Counted from the stretch's first letter, positions 41,212 through 52,737 are shown. The stretch is DNA of 64,000 nt from Octopus vulgaris (GCA_951406725.2 OX597814.1:199454001-199518000), one strand, 5' to 3'. Program-made: numbers and translations. The notes: generated by a model from the sequence alone, not told the origin.

Positions 41212-41450
41212 TAACATGATAATCCTGGTTTAGGACGAATGTTGCTGTAAATTAGCCCCAGGAGACATTGTCTCCTGCGGGCTATATGACACGACCTGTG
41301 TCCTTATATTTTCGAAGAAGGGAATCAAGCACCCCCACTCAGCTCAAAACAATATCTGTGTATCGCGATTTCCAGGTTATTTCCCTTCATCAGCACAGAA
41401 TAATTGTTTGGCTAGAGGTGGTGCTGCCAAATTCCCGTTCGAAATATATA
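41212..41450 (-). mobile_element. PLE-type terminal repeat with HHR at the tip of a long hairpin
   Basis: TTTCGAAGAAGGGAAT...ATTCCCGTTCGAAA closes an extended helix I; same layout as 44690-44910. Confidence 0.62.
41355..41399 (-). ncRNA. Minimal type-I hammerhead ribozyme
   Basis: TCTGTG / CTGATGA / AGG-gaaataa-CCT-G / GAAA-T-CGCG-A-T-A / CACAGA; palindrome ATCGCGAT; one extra G before GAAA. Confidence 0.7.
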
Positions 41451-41486
41451 GTTTTTAAAGTGACAACTTGTCATTGATCTATAAAT

Positions 41487-41630
41487 TAGAAAATTACTCT
41501 TTTAAAATTTCACAACGATAGATATTCAGCAACAGTACTTTGTAGTAAAGATTGTTGGCAAACAATCTTTACTACAAAGTACTGTTGCTGAATATCTCTC
41601 GTTGTGAGATTTAAAAATAGTAATTTTCTA
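41487..41630. repeat. Near-perfect palindrome, 70-bp arms, 4-nt loop
   Basis: ...GTACTTTGTAGTAAAGATTGTT-ggca-AACAATCTTTACTACAAAGTAC... Confidence 0.92.
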
Positions 41631-42329
41631 CATTAGAAATGCATTCATTTATAGAATTTAGTAACTGAGTATGGCTTACGCTTACGTACATGCTTATATC
41701 GGAATTGTATAGTCTGTTTGTATGTATGATTAGAGAAGGTTGTGAGTTTCCAGAGAACAAAATCATGCAACGTATTCTACAGATTTCATGTATATTAAAC
41801 TTTAAGGTTCTTTTTCTCATGCAAATGATTTTTCGGAACGTTTACAAGTCTAAGCGTTATAAACAACACATCCATGTTAGGTTGGATGTGCTAATTCATA
41901 TTCGCTACAGAAGCTACTAGTGTCACTATTAGGCAATTTATGCACAACCCGCCAGCTTTTCGCGGCACCACTGGTAATTTGGCTAGTGTTATTCTATATC
42001 GGTGTGATTGATTTTCTGTCTGACATTCAGCTAGACTAGCTGCCACTGACAATCCGCAATACGATGAAATCACATGATTCACTTGTGCCATCCGCCGCTG
42101 TACTCATAACATTTCGTCATCCGGTTATAGAATTTCGATGCTTTTTCTTAGCATTTGCTGTCTACACGAACTGATTTTTCGGGACATTATAAGCAACACG
42201 TCCAAGTTAGGTTGGATGCGCTAATTAAAGTGTAGATGTTTATCTTAAGCCCATATAAACAGCGTTAAGTTAATTTCATAAACTGTAGCGTTAAATATAT
42301 TTTGTAATCAGGTGCTATATCATTCTTTC

Positions 42330-42745
42330 AGGCGGCGAGCTGGCAGAAACGTTAGCACGCCGGGCGAAATGCGTAGCCGTATTTCGTCTGCCGTTACGTT
42401 CTGAGTTCAAATTCCGCCGAAGTCGGCTTTGCCTTTCATCCTTTCGGAGTCGATTAAATAAGTACCAGTTACGCACTGGGGTTGATAAAATCGACTTAAT
42501 CCGTTTGTCTGCCCTTGTTTGTCCTCTCTGTGTTTAGCCCCTTGTGGGTAGTAAAGATATATGTATTTCGTCTGCCGCTACGTTCTGAGTTCAAATTCCA
42601 CCGAGGTCGACATTGCCTTTCATTCTTTCGGGGTCGATAAATTAAGTACCGTTTACGCACTGGGGTCGATGTAATCAACTTAATCCGTTTGTCTGTCTTT
42701 GTTTGTCCCCTCTATGTTTAGCCCCTTGTGGGCAATAAAGAAATA
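42330..42745 (+). mobile_element. SINE family A dimer
   Basis: Second body restarts at GTATTTCGTC. Confidence 0.9.
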
Positions 42746-43952
42746 AGAATGCATCAGCGTGTTCCTTTGACTGAGTCACTCTCTTAATTTTACATTACAA
42801 AAAAGGTTAGTTTGGATGTTTAAGACTGTAAACAATTCACCTTTTATCTTGTGTGAGAATATGAAGGATAACAAAATAATTATACAGTATAATTATTGAG
42901 GGCAATCGGGAACTCTTTTAGTTAACAGTGCCAAGTAAATCATAGAAAATGTAATGTGGTTACGTTCGGAATATATTAGTGAATACAGAATAAACGTTAA
43001 AGATACGTTTGTTTAGTTTACTTTCATCTTTCTGTTAATACTCCACGTTTCCCTTTTCGCTGAACCTTAATAAGGAAAATAAATGAGATTTGGATTATGC
43101 ACAAAATGATTTGAATCATAATCAGACACAAATACCCTATAATTGCCGACATACCTAGGTCATTTCGATGGACAGATCTAACACCTTGGTGAAAATACTA
43201 AAGTATTTACTAATACAATTACCCATATTTCGTTTGCATCCCCAAAAAGATTTTATAACGGGTGTTTATTTCTATATAAGAATTTCAATACTAGCTTTTA
43301 GCTGTTTCTCATTAAACGCCTTCAATCTCTGTAGAAATGTACTTTGCTGTCGAAAAGGGTCTGGTATTCTAATTTGTTCTTCAGCGACTCGAAATATTTT
43401 GGTATAATGAGAAGAGTATGAGATTTGTTTCTTCTTTGTTTAAGGAGTGGAGATCATATATGTATGCATGTATGTATAACGTGATTACTACGCTGCAATA
43501 TCATTATGTTATGGGTAGCCCCAGGTCTTCTCCGATCAAACAGATCATTAATGAATATTCCACATTTCTTACTATATCTCTGACTATAGTATCTCTCCGT
43601 ATCATTTCGTTTTAAAGTATGCAAATTATAGTTTGCGGATTAATGGAGATTTGACTACTATTTCTAGCAGTTTATGTGAAAGGGCAGAAGCTATCATGTT
43701 GGCTTGATCAGACACTGTTTCGGTTCAATATTTTCGGCAGAATAAACTAACGGAAGGCACTCAAGAAGAAGCTGTGATTCTAAAATGGTTACTATATTAA
43801 GACAATAGCCCAAGCGGGGATTCTACATAGTTTCCATTTCACAATGACCTACGTCTAAAATAAAATTCATTTGAAAAGCGGACTTCTTAATCTACATTTC
43901 CATGACTGTGTCAAAGGAGCTTAAGAAATAAAAGTTATGTATATTAATATAT

Positions 43953-44258
43953 TCAATGGCCCAGTGGTTAGGGCAGCGTACTCGCGGTCGGAGGATCGCG
44001 GTTTTGATTCCCAGACCGGGCATTGTGTGTGTTTACTGAGCGAAAACACCTAAAGCTCCACGAGGCTCCGGCATAGGGTGGTGGCGAGCCCTGTTGTACT
44101 CTTTCGCTCCAACTTTCTCTCATTCTTTTTCCTGTTTCTTGAGTAACGCTGCGATGGACTGACGTCCCATCCAGCTTGGGAGGGGGGATACGCATACGCC
44201 ACAGAAACCGGGAAACTGGGCCCATGATCCTGGCTAAGCTTGAAAAGGGCGCATAAAT
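43953..44258 (+). mobile_element. SINE family C, tail 2 variant
   Basis: Family-C head; GATGGACTGACGTCCCATCCAG...CAGAAACCGGGAAACTGG. Confidence 0.85.
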
Positions 44259-44689
44259 GAAATAATAATATTGATATTTTCAGGGATGTACTCTATATTA
44301 CAACAGAAAAACCAGGACTTGCAAGCAAGTTTAAATTCAATAGCAACATTCAATGTTTATTCGTGCTATGAGGCGAGATCTATCTTGTTCAGTTTGATGA
44401 CATAATTATTAGCTGCTATACTTTTATTCAGAGTGAAGCATGTTCACGCACGCCGTTTCAATCAATAACACCTGTGTTATGAAAACATTGAAGGACATTA
44501 TATCGAAGTATACTTATAGAAGACATGTAATCATTGCATATGTACATGAGGTTTTCTACAAATACACGCTGTTGCTGTATTTGCCATCTAAAGGTATTTC
44601 GATAAACTGAAATTATCAGTACTCGTGGTGTACTGAGATATATATAATTGTTGTCGTCATATTAATATGCCAGCCTTATAGATATAAGA

Positions 44690-44955
44690 CTAAAAGCTGT
44701 CGCTGATTAGCTCCATGAGGCCATCGCCTTAAGATAGCTATTTGACACACAAACTGTGTCCATTATAACCTTCGAACAAGGGAGATCAGCCGCTTCACAC
44801 TGCTAGTCAGACAGCTACAGACGCGTTTCAGGGTATTTGCCCTTTGTCAATGTAGCGTTGTCGACCCAGCAGGTGTCGCCACTGATCGTCTCTGTTCGAA
44901 GGTTTTATTTACCTAGTTTCGGTGGAATACATCCACTTGTTTTCAATAATAGAAA
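44690..44955 (-). mobile_element. PLE-type terminal repeat with HHR(s)
   Basis: AACCTTCGAACA...TGTTCGAAGGTT closes an extended stem around the HHR. Confidence 0.62.
44814..44856 (-). ncRNA. Minimal type-I hammerhead ribozyme, U3-A8 variant
   Basis: GCTACA / TTGACAA / AGGG-caaata-CCCT / GAAAC-GC-GT-C / TGTAGC; perfect helices I and II, ACGCGT palindrome, GUC triplet. Confidence 0.8.
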
Positions 44956-46092
44956 TATTAAAATTACTAAGTCTCTCTAAAAGAGATTACGGCAGCGTTA
45001 CTGGAAATTATCTCGGGGAACAGAGAGCCAAAATGATTATCCGATGCTCCACCGCGTCGATCAATACAACGCCTTACACACACATGCATACGTTATATTT
45101 ATAAGACGAGAGAAAAAGGCCACTGGAAACATTGTACAGACTTTTTTTTATCTATAAGCTAACAGCTGGTATTCTCACCAGTATTACTCGGAGTTTCAGA
45201 CATGTGAATACTCCGAGTGATCAAGCAGCCAATTTCGTAAATGGAAGCTGTTAGTTTATAATATATCCGTAAAATCAGTTGATATTAGCAAAGGCAACTT
45301 ACACGTGCGAAACGGTTTGAGAACCAGATTTAATTAATCGTTAGCAATTGCGTGTCTTTCCACAAATTATTCAACAATTATTTAATATTTTTGCCTTTTT
45401 TTTTTTTCATTTTCCATTTCTTTCCCTTCACTTGTTTCTGCCATTTCACTCTTGTTATTCAGCAGCGCCATCTTTAAGGGTATAATCAATTATATCGATC
45501 TGAGTGCTATTTTATCGATCAGTACTGCACTTACTTTATCGACCTCTGACGGTTAAAAATTAAAGTGGACTGAAAATAATAGCTACTCAGAATCAACATT
45601 GAATGACATTACAATTAGTTTAAAGCAATATGATATTTTTAATAAACTTCAATTCGAAAACACATTACTCGATAATCCCCCATCATGTTTCTTAAATATT
45701 TAACAGTCATTCATCTTGTTTGTCTGGGAAAATATTGAGAATACAACAATGACAAGAAGACATTTGATTTATTGAATACAGAATGGTTTTCGTCTTCAAA
45801 TATATTTTAATTTATAATGTTGAAATGCGTTGGATTTGACCAAATTTATATTTACTCAGCCAGATTGGCAGAACAGTTAGGAAGTCTGATAAAATTGCAC
45901 CGGTTCTTTGCGTTCTGATTTCAAATCCTGTCTCTGATAAATTTGTGTTTTTTTCCAAACAAGGGCGATAAAATGAATGAAGACTCAAGTATTGGGGTGA
46001 ATATAATCGATTTTTCCTGATTGCAATATCTATTTTGTTTCCATTTATTTCTGAGATCAATTCCACTGAGGTAGAAGTCCCCTTCCATACAC

Positions 46093-46448
46093 TTTTACAT
46101 GTTTCAGTCCTTTGACTGCGGCCATCGAGCAAATCGACCCCAGAGATTATTCTTTGTAAGCCTAGTACTTCTTCTATCGGACTCTTTTGCCGAACCGCTA
46201 AGTTACGGGAACGTAAACACACAAGCATCGGTTGTCAAGCGATGCTGGGGGTACAATTATACACATACACACATATATATACACACATATATATACGATG
46301 GGATTCTTTCAGTTTCCGTCTACCAAATCTACTCACAAGGCTTTGGTCGGCCCGAGGCTATAGTAGTAGACACTTGCCCAAAGTGCCACGCAGTGAGACT
46401 GAACCCAGAACAATGTGGTTGTTAAGCAAGCTACTTACCACACAGGCA
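46093..46448 (-). mobile_element. SINE family B
   Basis: Homolog with small deletions. Confidence 0.85.
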
Positions 46449-46929
46449 ATAGTAACAACTGAATGAGGCCGGTTTTGTTTACTGGAACCTAACTGAATGT
46501 TTTACTCCCTAGATTAAGATTTAAAATTTTTAAAGCCCCTTACATTCTACTGGATTGTTTATTTCTTCAAACTAGATTTGACAAAAGCTGATTACTTTTC
46601 TTTCATATGCAATATATCTGCTGGTAGATGGCGCTGTTACAAAGCAATGTAACTATTGAATTGTTTTGAGTATTTGAAGGAAAATTTTGGTTTATCGTTA
46701 TAAGCGTTTCCTTTTTATTACCTAACTTAAGAAAAATACGCATTTCTTACTGAGGTAAGGTTAGAATATTGCATGGAAAGGATAATGAATAGCTATGATT
46801 TGTGTCGTTAAGAGGTTCTTTAAATAATCACGTAGATCTGGTTTCGATGACACCATGCAGTATCTTAAGCAAGTGTTTTCTACCACGCGCTTGAGAAATT
46901 GGTTTGGAAGAAACTATGCGGATGCCAAA

Positions 46930-47615
46930 GCCCTTGGAGTTCCAAGATGCAACTGTAAATGTAGATTATACCATATGTCTGTAGAAAATATTATACATGT
47001 GATCAGCAGCTGCCCCCAAATATTACGACCCCAACACATCGCGATGTTGTCTCATAAAGCAATATACAAAGTAGTTCGGAAAAATAAAACTGTTTTGGAA
47101 TGTATATAGAGTCGCCCTGTTATTGAATGCATACATAAACATCAACACAAGGAATACAGGTGGAACAATATTATGAAAATATCTGTGAAATGTAAACATA
47201 ATAGGTTGGATATCGTTGTGTGGGACAGACAAGAAAACGTACCTTCATAGAGATCAGCTGCCCTGTTGATGGGAATATGTCTTTGAGAATCTAAGAGAAA
47301 GATAACTGGGGACAACTGCTTCGAAACCTCCAGTTTCTTTATCCGGGTTACAAACTACATTTATAACAATAATATATGGCGCGCTTGGCTTTTGTGAGCA
47401 AAAGCCTAAGCGACAATCTAGATAAGCTAGGAGTTTCAGTAAATGAAATCAACCAACTCATACGTAAATATAATCTGTAAATGGAACAGCGCAAAATATA
47501 CAAGACTTTTCTAAAGTTTAAAATGTGTCATTGATTCTGTTATCTACAATACAACGATGTACTTTTCTATCTTTGTAAGAAACCAGCTCCTTCCTCAGAA
47601 GAATAATTTAAATAA
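46930..47615 (+). mobile_element. R4/Dong-like LINE 3' fragment
   Basis: CKCRLYHMSVENIIHVISSCP; CKHNRLDIVVWDR; same 3' UTR as the other copies. Confidence 0.78.
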
Positions 47616-47662
47616 AATTAGAGGAGTATACATTCATACATACACATACATATATTCACACG

Positions 47663-47973
47663 CGTGGAGGCGCAATGGCCCAGTAGTTAGGGCAACGGAC
47701 ACGCGGTCGGAGGATCGCGGTTTCGATTCCCAGACAGGGCTTTGTGAGAGTTTATTGAGCGAAAACATGTAGAGCTCCACGAGGCTCCAGCAGGGTGGGG
47801 TGGCGATCCCTGCTGTACTCTTTCGCCACAACTTTCTCTCACTCTTTCTTCTGTTGGCCTGCTCGCTTAGCCATCGGGGTGGCGTAATTTGAAGGCTAAA
47901 ACAATGCGAAGCGCATTGTGACCAGCGGTGAGTTGCAACATCTGATAGTCTGGTCGATCACGTGATCACGTGG
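47663..47973 (+). mobile_element. SINE family C, tail 3
   Basis: Family-C head; distinct tail ending GATCACGTGATCACGTG; TSD TATTCACAC. Confidence 0.85.
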
Positions 47974-48467
47974 TATTCACACTCATACATATGCGTGTGT
48001 GTGGTGAGGAGAATCACCGGATACGCACAATGAGGAAAACGTTAAATTAATAAATCAAAAACAATAAATGGTTGTACTTATTCTGTTTTGCACTCTCCCC
48101 AGTGTCTCGCACGCAGTAGTTAACCTGTGCGAGGTCAAGGAGTAAAATATTCCCGGTCATATGATATCGAGCCAATCTACCGTTTCTGACACTTCTGTGT
48201 TCTTTCTGAACTTAACAGTATTGATTTCTGACAAAATGACAATGCCACCTATTTTTTGAGGTTGGATGCTCATGATGAAATTAACCCAGTTTTGACTGGT
48301 ATGTTTTGGAATCCCGTAGAATAAAAAGCCAAGTTGTTCTCGGTAGGATTTCAACTCATTACGGAAATGAACGAAATTCAATATCGGAAAACATTTTATT
48401 CGGTGATGTACGGAAGAGTTTTGTCTTTTTTGTTTTTCTCATTTAAATGTTTTTTTATGTGCATAAT

Positions 48468-48912
48468 TATTGGCTTCAAACTTCGGTCCGGGGCCCAGTT
48501 ATTTCGGAGGAGGAGGTAATTCGATTACAATGACCCCAGTCCACGACTGGTACTTATTTTATTTATCGACTCCCGAAAGGATGAAAAGCAAAGTCGACCT
48601 CGGTAGAATTCGAACTCGGAACGTAAAGACGGACGAAATACCTATTTCTTTACTACCCACAAGGGGATAAACACAGAGGAGACAAACAAGGACAGACAAA
48701 CGGATTAAGTCGATTATATCGACCCCAGTGCGTAACTGGTACTTATTTAATCGACCCCGAAAGGATGAAAGGCAAAGTCAACCTCGGCGGAATTTGAACT
48801 CAGAACGTAACGGCAGACGAAATACCGCTAAGCCTTTCGCTCGGCGTGCAACCGACGAAATACCTTTGAGCATTTCCCCGTCGTGTTAATGATTCTGTCA
48901 GCTCGCCACCTT
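48468..48912 (-). mobile_element. SINE family A heterodimer
   Basis: Consensus-like body joined at GGTATTTCGTC to a diverged alternative-tail body. Confidence 0.82.
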
Positions 48913-49787
48913 AAACATAAGAACAGACGAAATGCCACAGCATTTTCTCCGGCAAAATTTAATAATTTTTCCACTTTGCTGGCTTCCTTTCTGCACATAA
49001 TTATTGAATTCTAACATGGCGACGCAACAACTTTCGTCAGATCATAGAGTCAATTAAATTAACCCCAGTCCTTAAGTTGTATTTCATTTAATCGACCTGG
49101 GCAAGATGAAAAACAAATTTGACTTCAGTGGAATTCAAACTCACAACACAACTAACTATATAGCAAGGTATTTTATTCATTGGTCTTCTGCTATTAGTGT
49201 ATCATTTTATTATTATTATTATTTTTCCTCTAGCAAATAATATTAAGAAGTTTTCGTAACTCGTGGTTTCCACTGTTGCTTTCAATGATATTTGTGATAA
49301 ACAACCTAGAAGCTAATCTTTACCTTCGTTGTTCCTTAGCTTCAGACCGAACAAATCTACAAGTAAAGGCGTTTATCCAAACGTCTTCACCACCCAGTAA
49401 TAATCTAAGAGTTTATTAAATGCTTTCCTTTTGAACGCGGTTAGAGTGAGCCTTGGCTGCTATTTCTAGTAGTTCGATGGACGGCATGGAGGTTCACTTG
49501 TTCTTAAAGCATTTGCATGTTGTACTACAATAAGAACACAAATTTATTCGAGGGTTGACTGACAAATTGATTAACATCTGCCTTATATACCTGGTCTTTA
49601 AATTATCATTCTCGAACGCGATAGCAGGGAAAGTTCAATCTGGCTTTCAACTCAGAATATAAAAACAAGTAACTTTATATAGAAGGACATTTAGTTCGAC
49701 AATTTGCCTTTTCTTCGCGGCTATAGATTTGGAAATGAGAAACGGCGAAGTTTCGACTTTCACTTTTTGTGAAACACATTGGTCTTT

Positions 49788-49976
49788 ACTGTTCTATATT
49801 TGAGCGATCAGGAATTATGTACATTATTTACATTTGACGGATATTTGTCCTCGTCTTATTTGTTATTAACGCAACGTTTCGGCTGATATACCCTTCAGCC
49901 TTCAACAGGTGTCTTGGGGAAATTTCGAACCTGGGTTCTCATTCCTAAGGTATTTTTTGATGTTATTATTTTTCAA

Positions 49977-50012
<36 letters not shown>

Positions 50013-50292
50013 GCAGGTCACTGCCTGGCATCGAACTCGGAATCTTGGGGTTAGTAGGCCGCGCTCTAAACCACCATGTCATATGCCCGTGGGCATATTC
50101 CGAGTTCGTTTCCAGACAGTAACTTTAATAATAATAATAATGACAACAACATCAGAAAAATACCTTAGGAATGAGAACCAAGGTTCAAAATTTCCCCAGG
50201 ACTCTTGTTGAAGGCTGGAGAGTATATCAGCCGAAACATTGTGTTAACAACAAATAAGATGAGGACAAATGTCTGTCAAATTTTAATAACGT
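49788..50292. mobile_element. Head-to-head dimer of a tRNA-headed, HHR-bearing short element
   Basis: Arms 49788-50088 (minus) and 50091-50292 (plus); A/B-box-like head, (AAT)n, HHR-like motif; TSD ACATTGGTCTTT at 49776-49787 and 50293-50304. Confidence 0.8.
49868..49913 (-). ncRNA. Hammerhead-like motif (A6U); mirrored copy at 50200-50245
   Basis: GACAC / CTGTTGA / A-GGCTGA-loop-TCAGCC / GAAAC-GT-T / GCGTT (GTGTT in the other arm). Confidence 0.6.
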
Positions 50293-50450
50293 ACATTGGT
50301 CTTTGCTACATGACTAAGCAAGTTTGATTTTCTCACCAATATCCTGCTTGTATCCAAAGGTCTTCTGGCTTCTACCATTTAATATCTACTGCTAACTTTA
50401 GTTCTTCTACCAAGTGATACGAATGAAGATGTACTATATATATATATACT

Positions 50451-50680
50451 CTTTATTTAAAAGCAGAAATATAACAAAAGCTGTTACTCAGAGTTTAACG
50501 TTCCCGTTCGTTGGACAGTTTTGTTAAAATAGTAAACAAAACTGTCCGACGAACGGGAACGTGAAACTCTGAGTAACAGCTTTTGTTATGTTTCTGCTAC
50601 TTTTAAATAAAGCATATTACTCTACCTCTGGTATTTGAGTACTCTTTTGTCCATCTTGTTTGACATTTATGTGCTTACTA
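50451..50680. mobile_element. Palindromic PLE-type element with HHR motifs on both arms
   Basis: Inverted arms 50451-50525 / 50535-50612. Confidence 0.75.
50542..50579 (+). ncRNA. Minimal hammerhead-like motif (U4C)
   Basis: CTGT / CCGACGA / ACG-ggaa-CGT / GAAAC-TCTGA-GT-A / ACAG. Confidence 0.6.
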
Positions 50681-50952
50681 TGGTATATATTGACCCGTAC
50701 TGGATTTGCTTTTCATTACTCCTCGGTCGATGAAATATGTAACTAGCATGTAATATTGATTTCTTGTATAGGCACAAGGCTTCAAATGCGGCGGGGCGGG
50801 GGCTGAAATTCGATTAAATCGACTTTACTACTGGAGTGATATTTGTTTCATCGAACCCGCTAAAATAAAAGGCTTACTTGAGCTCGGCGATATTTGAACT
50901 CGAAGCCTAAAGGAACGCAAATCCAATACGTGAAATGCTCATTAAAGAAATA

Positions 50953-51370
50953 TTCTTTTACTTGTTTCACTCATTTGACTGTGACCATGCTGGAGGACCG
51001 CCTTTAGTCGAGCAAATCGGCGCCAGAGCTTATTCTTTGTAAGCCTAGTACTTATTCTATCGGTCTCTTTTGCCGAACCGCTAGTTAACGGTGGCGTAAA
51101 CACACCAGCATCGGTTGTCAAGCGATGTTGGGGGGGGGGGGAGACAAATACAAACACACCCACACACAAACACATGCATATATATATATATGTATATACA
51201 TATATACGAGGGGCTTCTTCCTGTTTCCGTCTACCAAATCCACTCACAAGGCTTTGGTCGGCCCGAGACTATAGTAGAAGATACTTGCCCAAAGTGCCAC
51301 GCAGTGGGACTGAACCCAGGACCATGTGGTAGGTAAGCAAGCTGCTTACCATACAGCCAGTCCTGCACCT
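50953..51370 (-). mobile_element. SINE family B
   Basis: Full-length homolog. Confidence 0.88.
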
Positions 51371-51423
51371 ATAATAGATAATAAAAAAGATTTTTCTTTT
51401 GTTTTTATAAAATTTATTGCAAA

Positions 51424-51509
51424 TGCTGAACTTTTTTCTTTTTTTTTTTCCACAGGTAAGAATATTTTAATATCAATGAAAAGAATTCATTTTGGTTTGG
51501 TAAGTAAGT
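51424..51509 (+). promoter_or_regulatory. Candidate recursive splice site with cryptic RS-exon
   Basis: TGCTGAAC branch-like motif, 21-nt pyrimidine tract, CAG|GTAAGA at 51455/51456, downstream TG|GTAAGT at 51499/51500. Confidence 0.55.
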
Positions 51510-52513
51510 TGTTTTCCGTTTGATTTAAACACTCTCCATTAGATATTTTTCTAACAAAAATCTCTTTCAGAAATCAACTACTTGTTCATCACCTTCTTGA
51601 AATTTTCAAAAAAAAAAAAAAAAAAAAAGTAAAGAACCCTCATACATTTTTCACTAAGTATTTACATAAATTCTGTATTCTTCTTTCACATTTTTATACA
51701 TCTGATACGACATTATGACATTACAGTAGGAGATAGCGCGCCAACTTGATCAGAGCCAGGAAAATAAATTCAGCTCCGTACACTTTACTGTTGACAGCAT
51801 GAATTCGAAACACATTCATTGTAATTTTTTTTCTTCTAATTAGTATGAATAAATACTGTCATATCCATGTTTCTGGGTAATTAACCGTGCCAGTTGTAGT
51901 AGTAACTACATTTACTAATTCAAAACGATATGTTTTGACCGAAAACTCTTTTCTACGTTTATATATATTTTTTTCTTCTACTCCTCCCCCGTTATTGCCC
52001 GTTGCCTAGCTACTGATGGATCGTTGCTTCTATGGATATATATATATATATAATGTGAGTGTAAGATATTGACGATATTAGCACGTTGTGTTATGTATCA
52101 AGTGTGTCGTGGGTCAGCGAACGAACATCAATAAATTGTCGTGCGTTTTGAGAAACAGCTGTGGTCGATCGAAGGCGTTGCACAATTCAGTTTCATCGCC
52201 CTACGGTGAGAGTTCAAATATTGCCGAAGCTGACTTAGTCTTATCTTCTCTTATATTCGATCGATTCATTTTAAATCTATTTGATGGATGGAAAAAAATA
52301 GAGAAGAGTATAAATGTCTTGTGGTGCTTATTAATCACGTTCCTTTAAGTTCCGAGTTCAGATCCAGCCTCAGTTGAATCTTGCTTTCGTGTATCTGGGG
52401 GCCCGATAAAATACATACCATTCAAATACTGAATTCAATCTGACGGAATAATCACCCAATCTTCTAAAATGTGTGGTTTTGTGCCTATGTTTTGGAACGA
52501 TTATTAATCTACA

Positions 52514-52690
52514 CGCTACCGCTACGTTCTGAGTTCAAATTCCGCCGAGGTCGACTTTGCCTTTCATCCTTTCGGGGTCGATTAAATAAGTACCAGTTAT
52601 GCACTGGGGGTCGATATAATCAACTTAATCCGTTTGTCTGTCCTTGTTTGTCCCCTCTGTGTTTAGCCCCTTGTGGGTAGTAAAGAAATA
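52514..52690 (+). mobile_element. SINE family A, 5' truncated
   Basis: Body and tail match the family. Confidence 0.85.
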
Positions 52691-52737
52691 TATTATTCTA
52701 TACGCCACTCTCGCACAAACGTGTTTATGTGTATGTA

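Noticed and set aside
50016-50088. tRNA gene
   Set aside because: Acceptor, anticodon and T stems are broken; treated as a SINE-type head.
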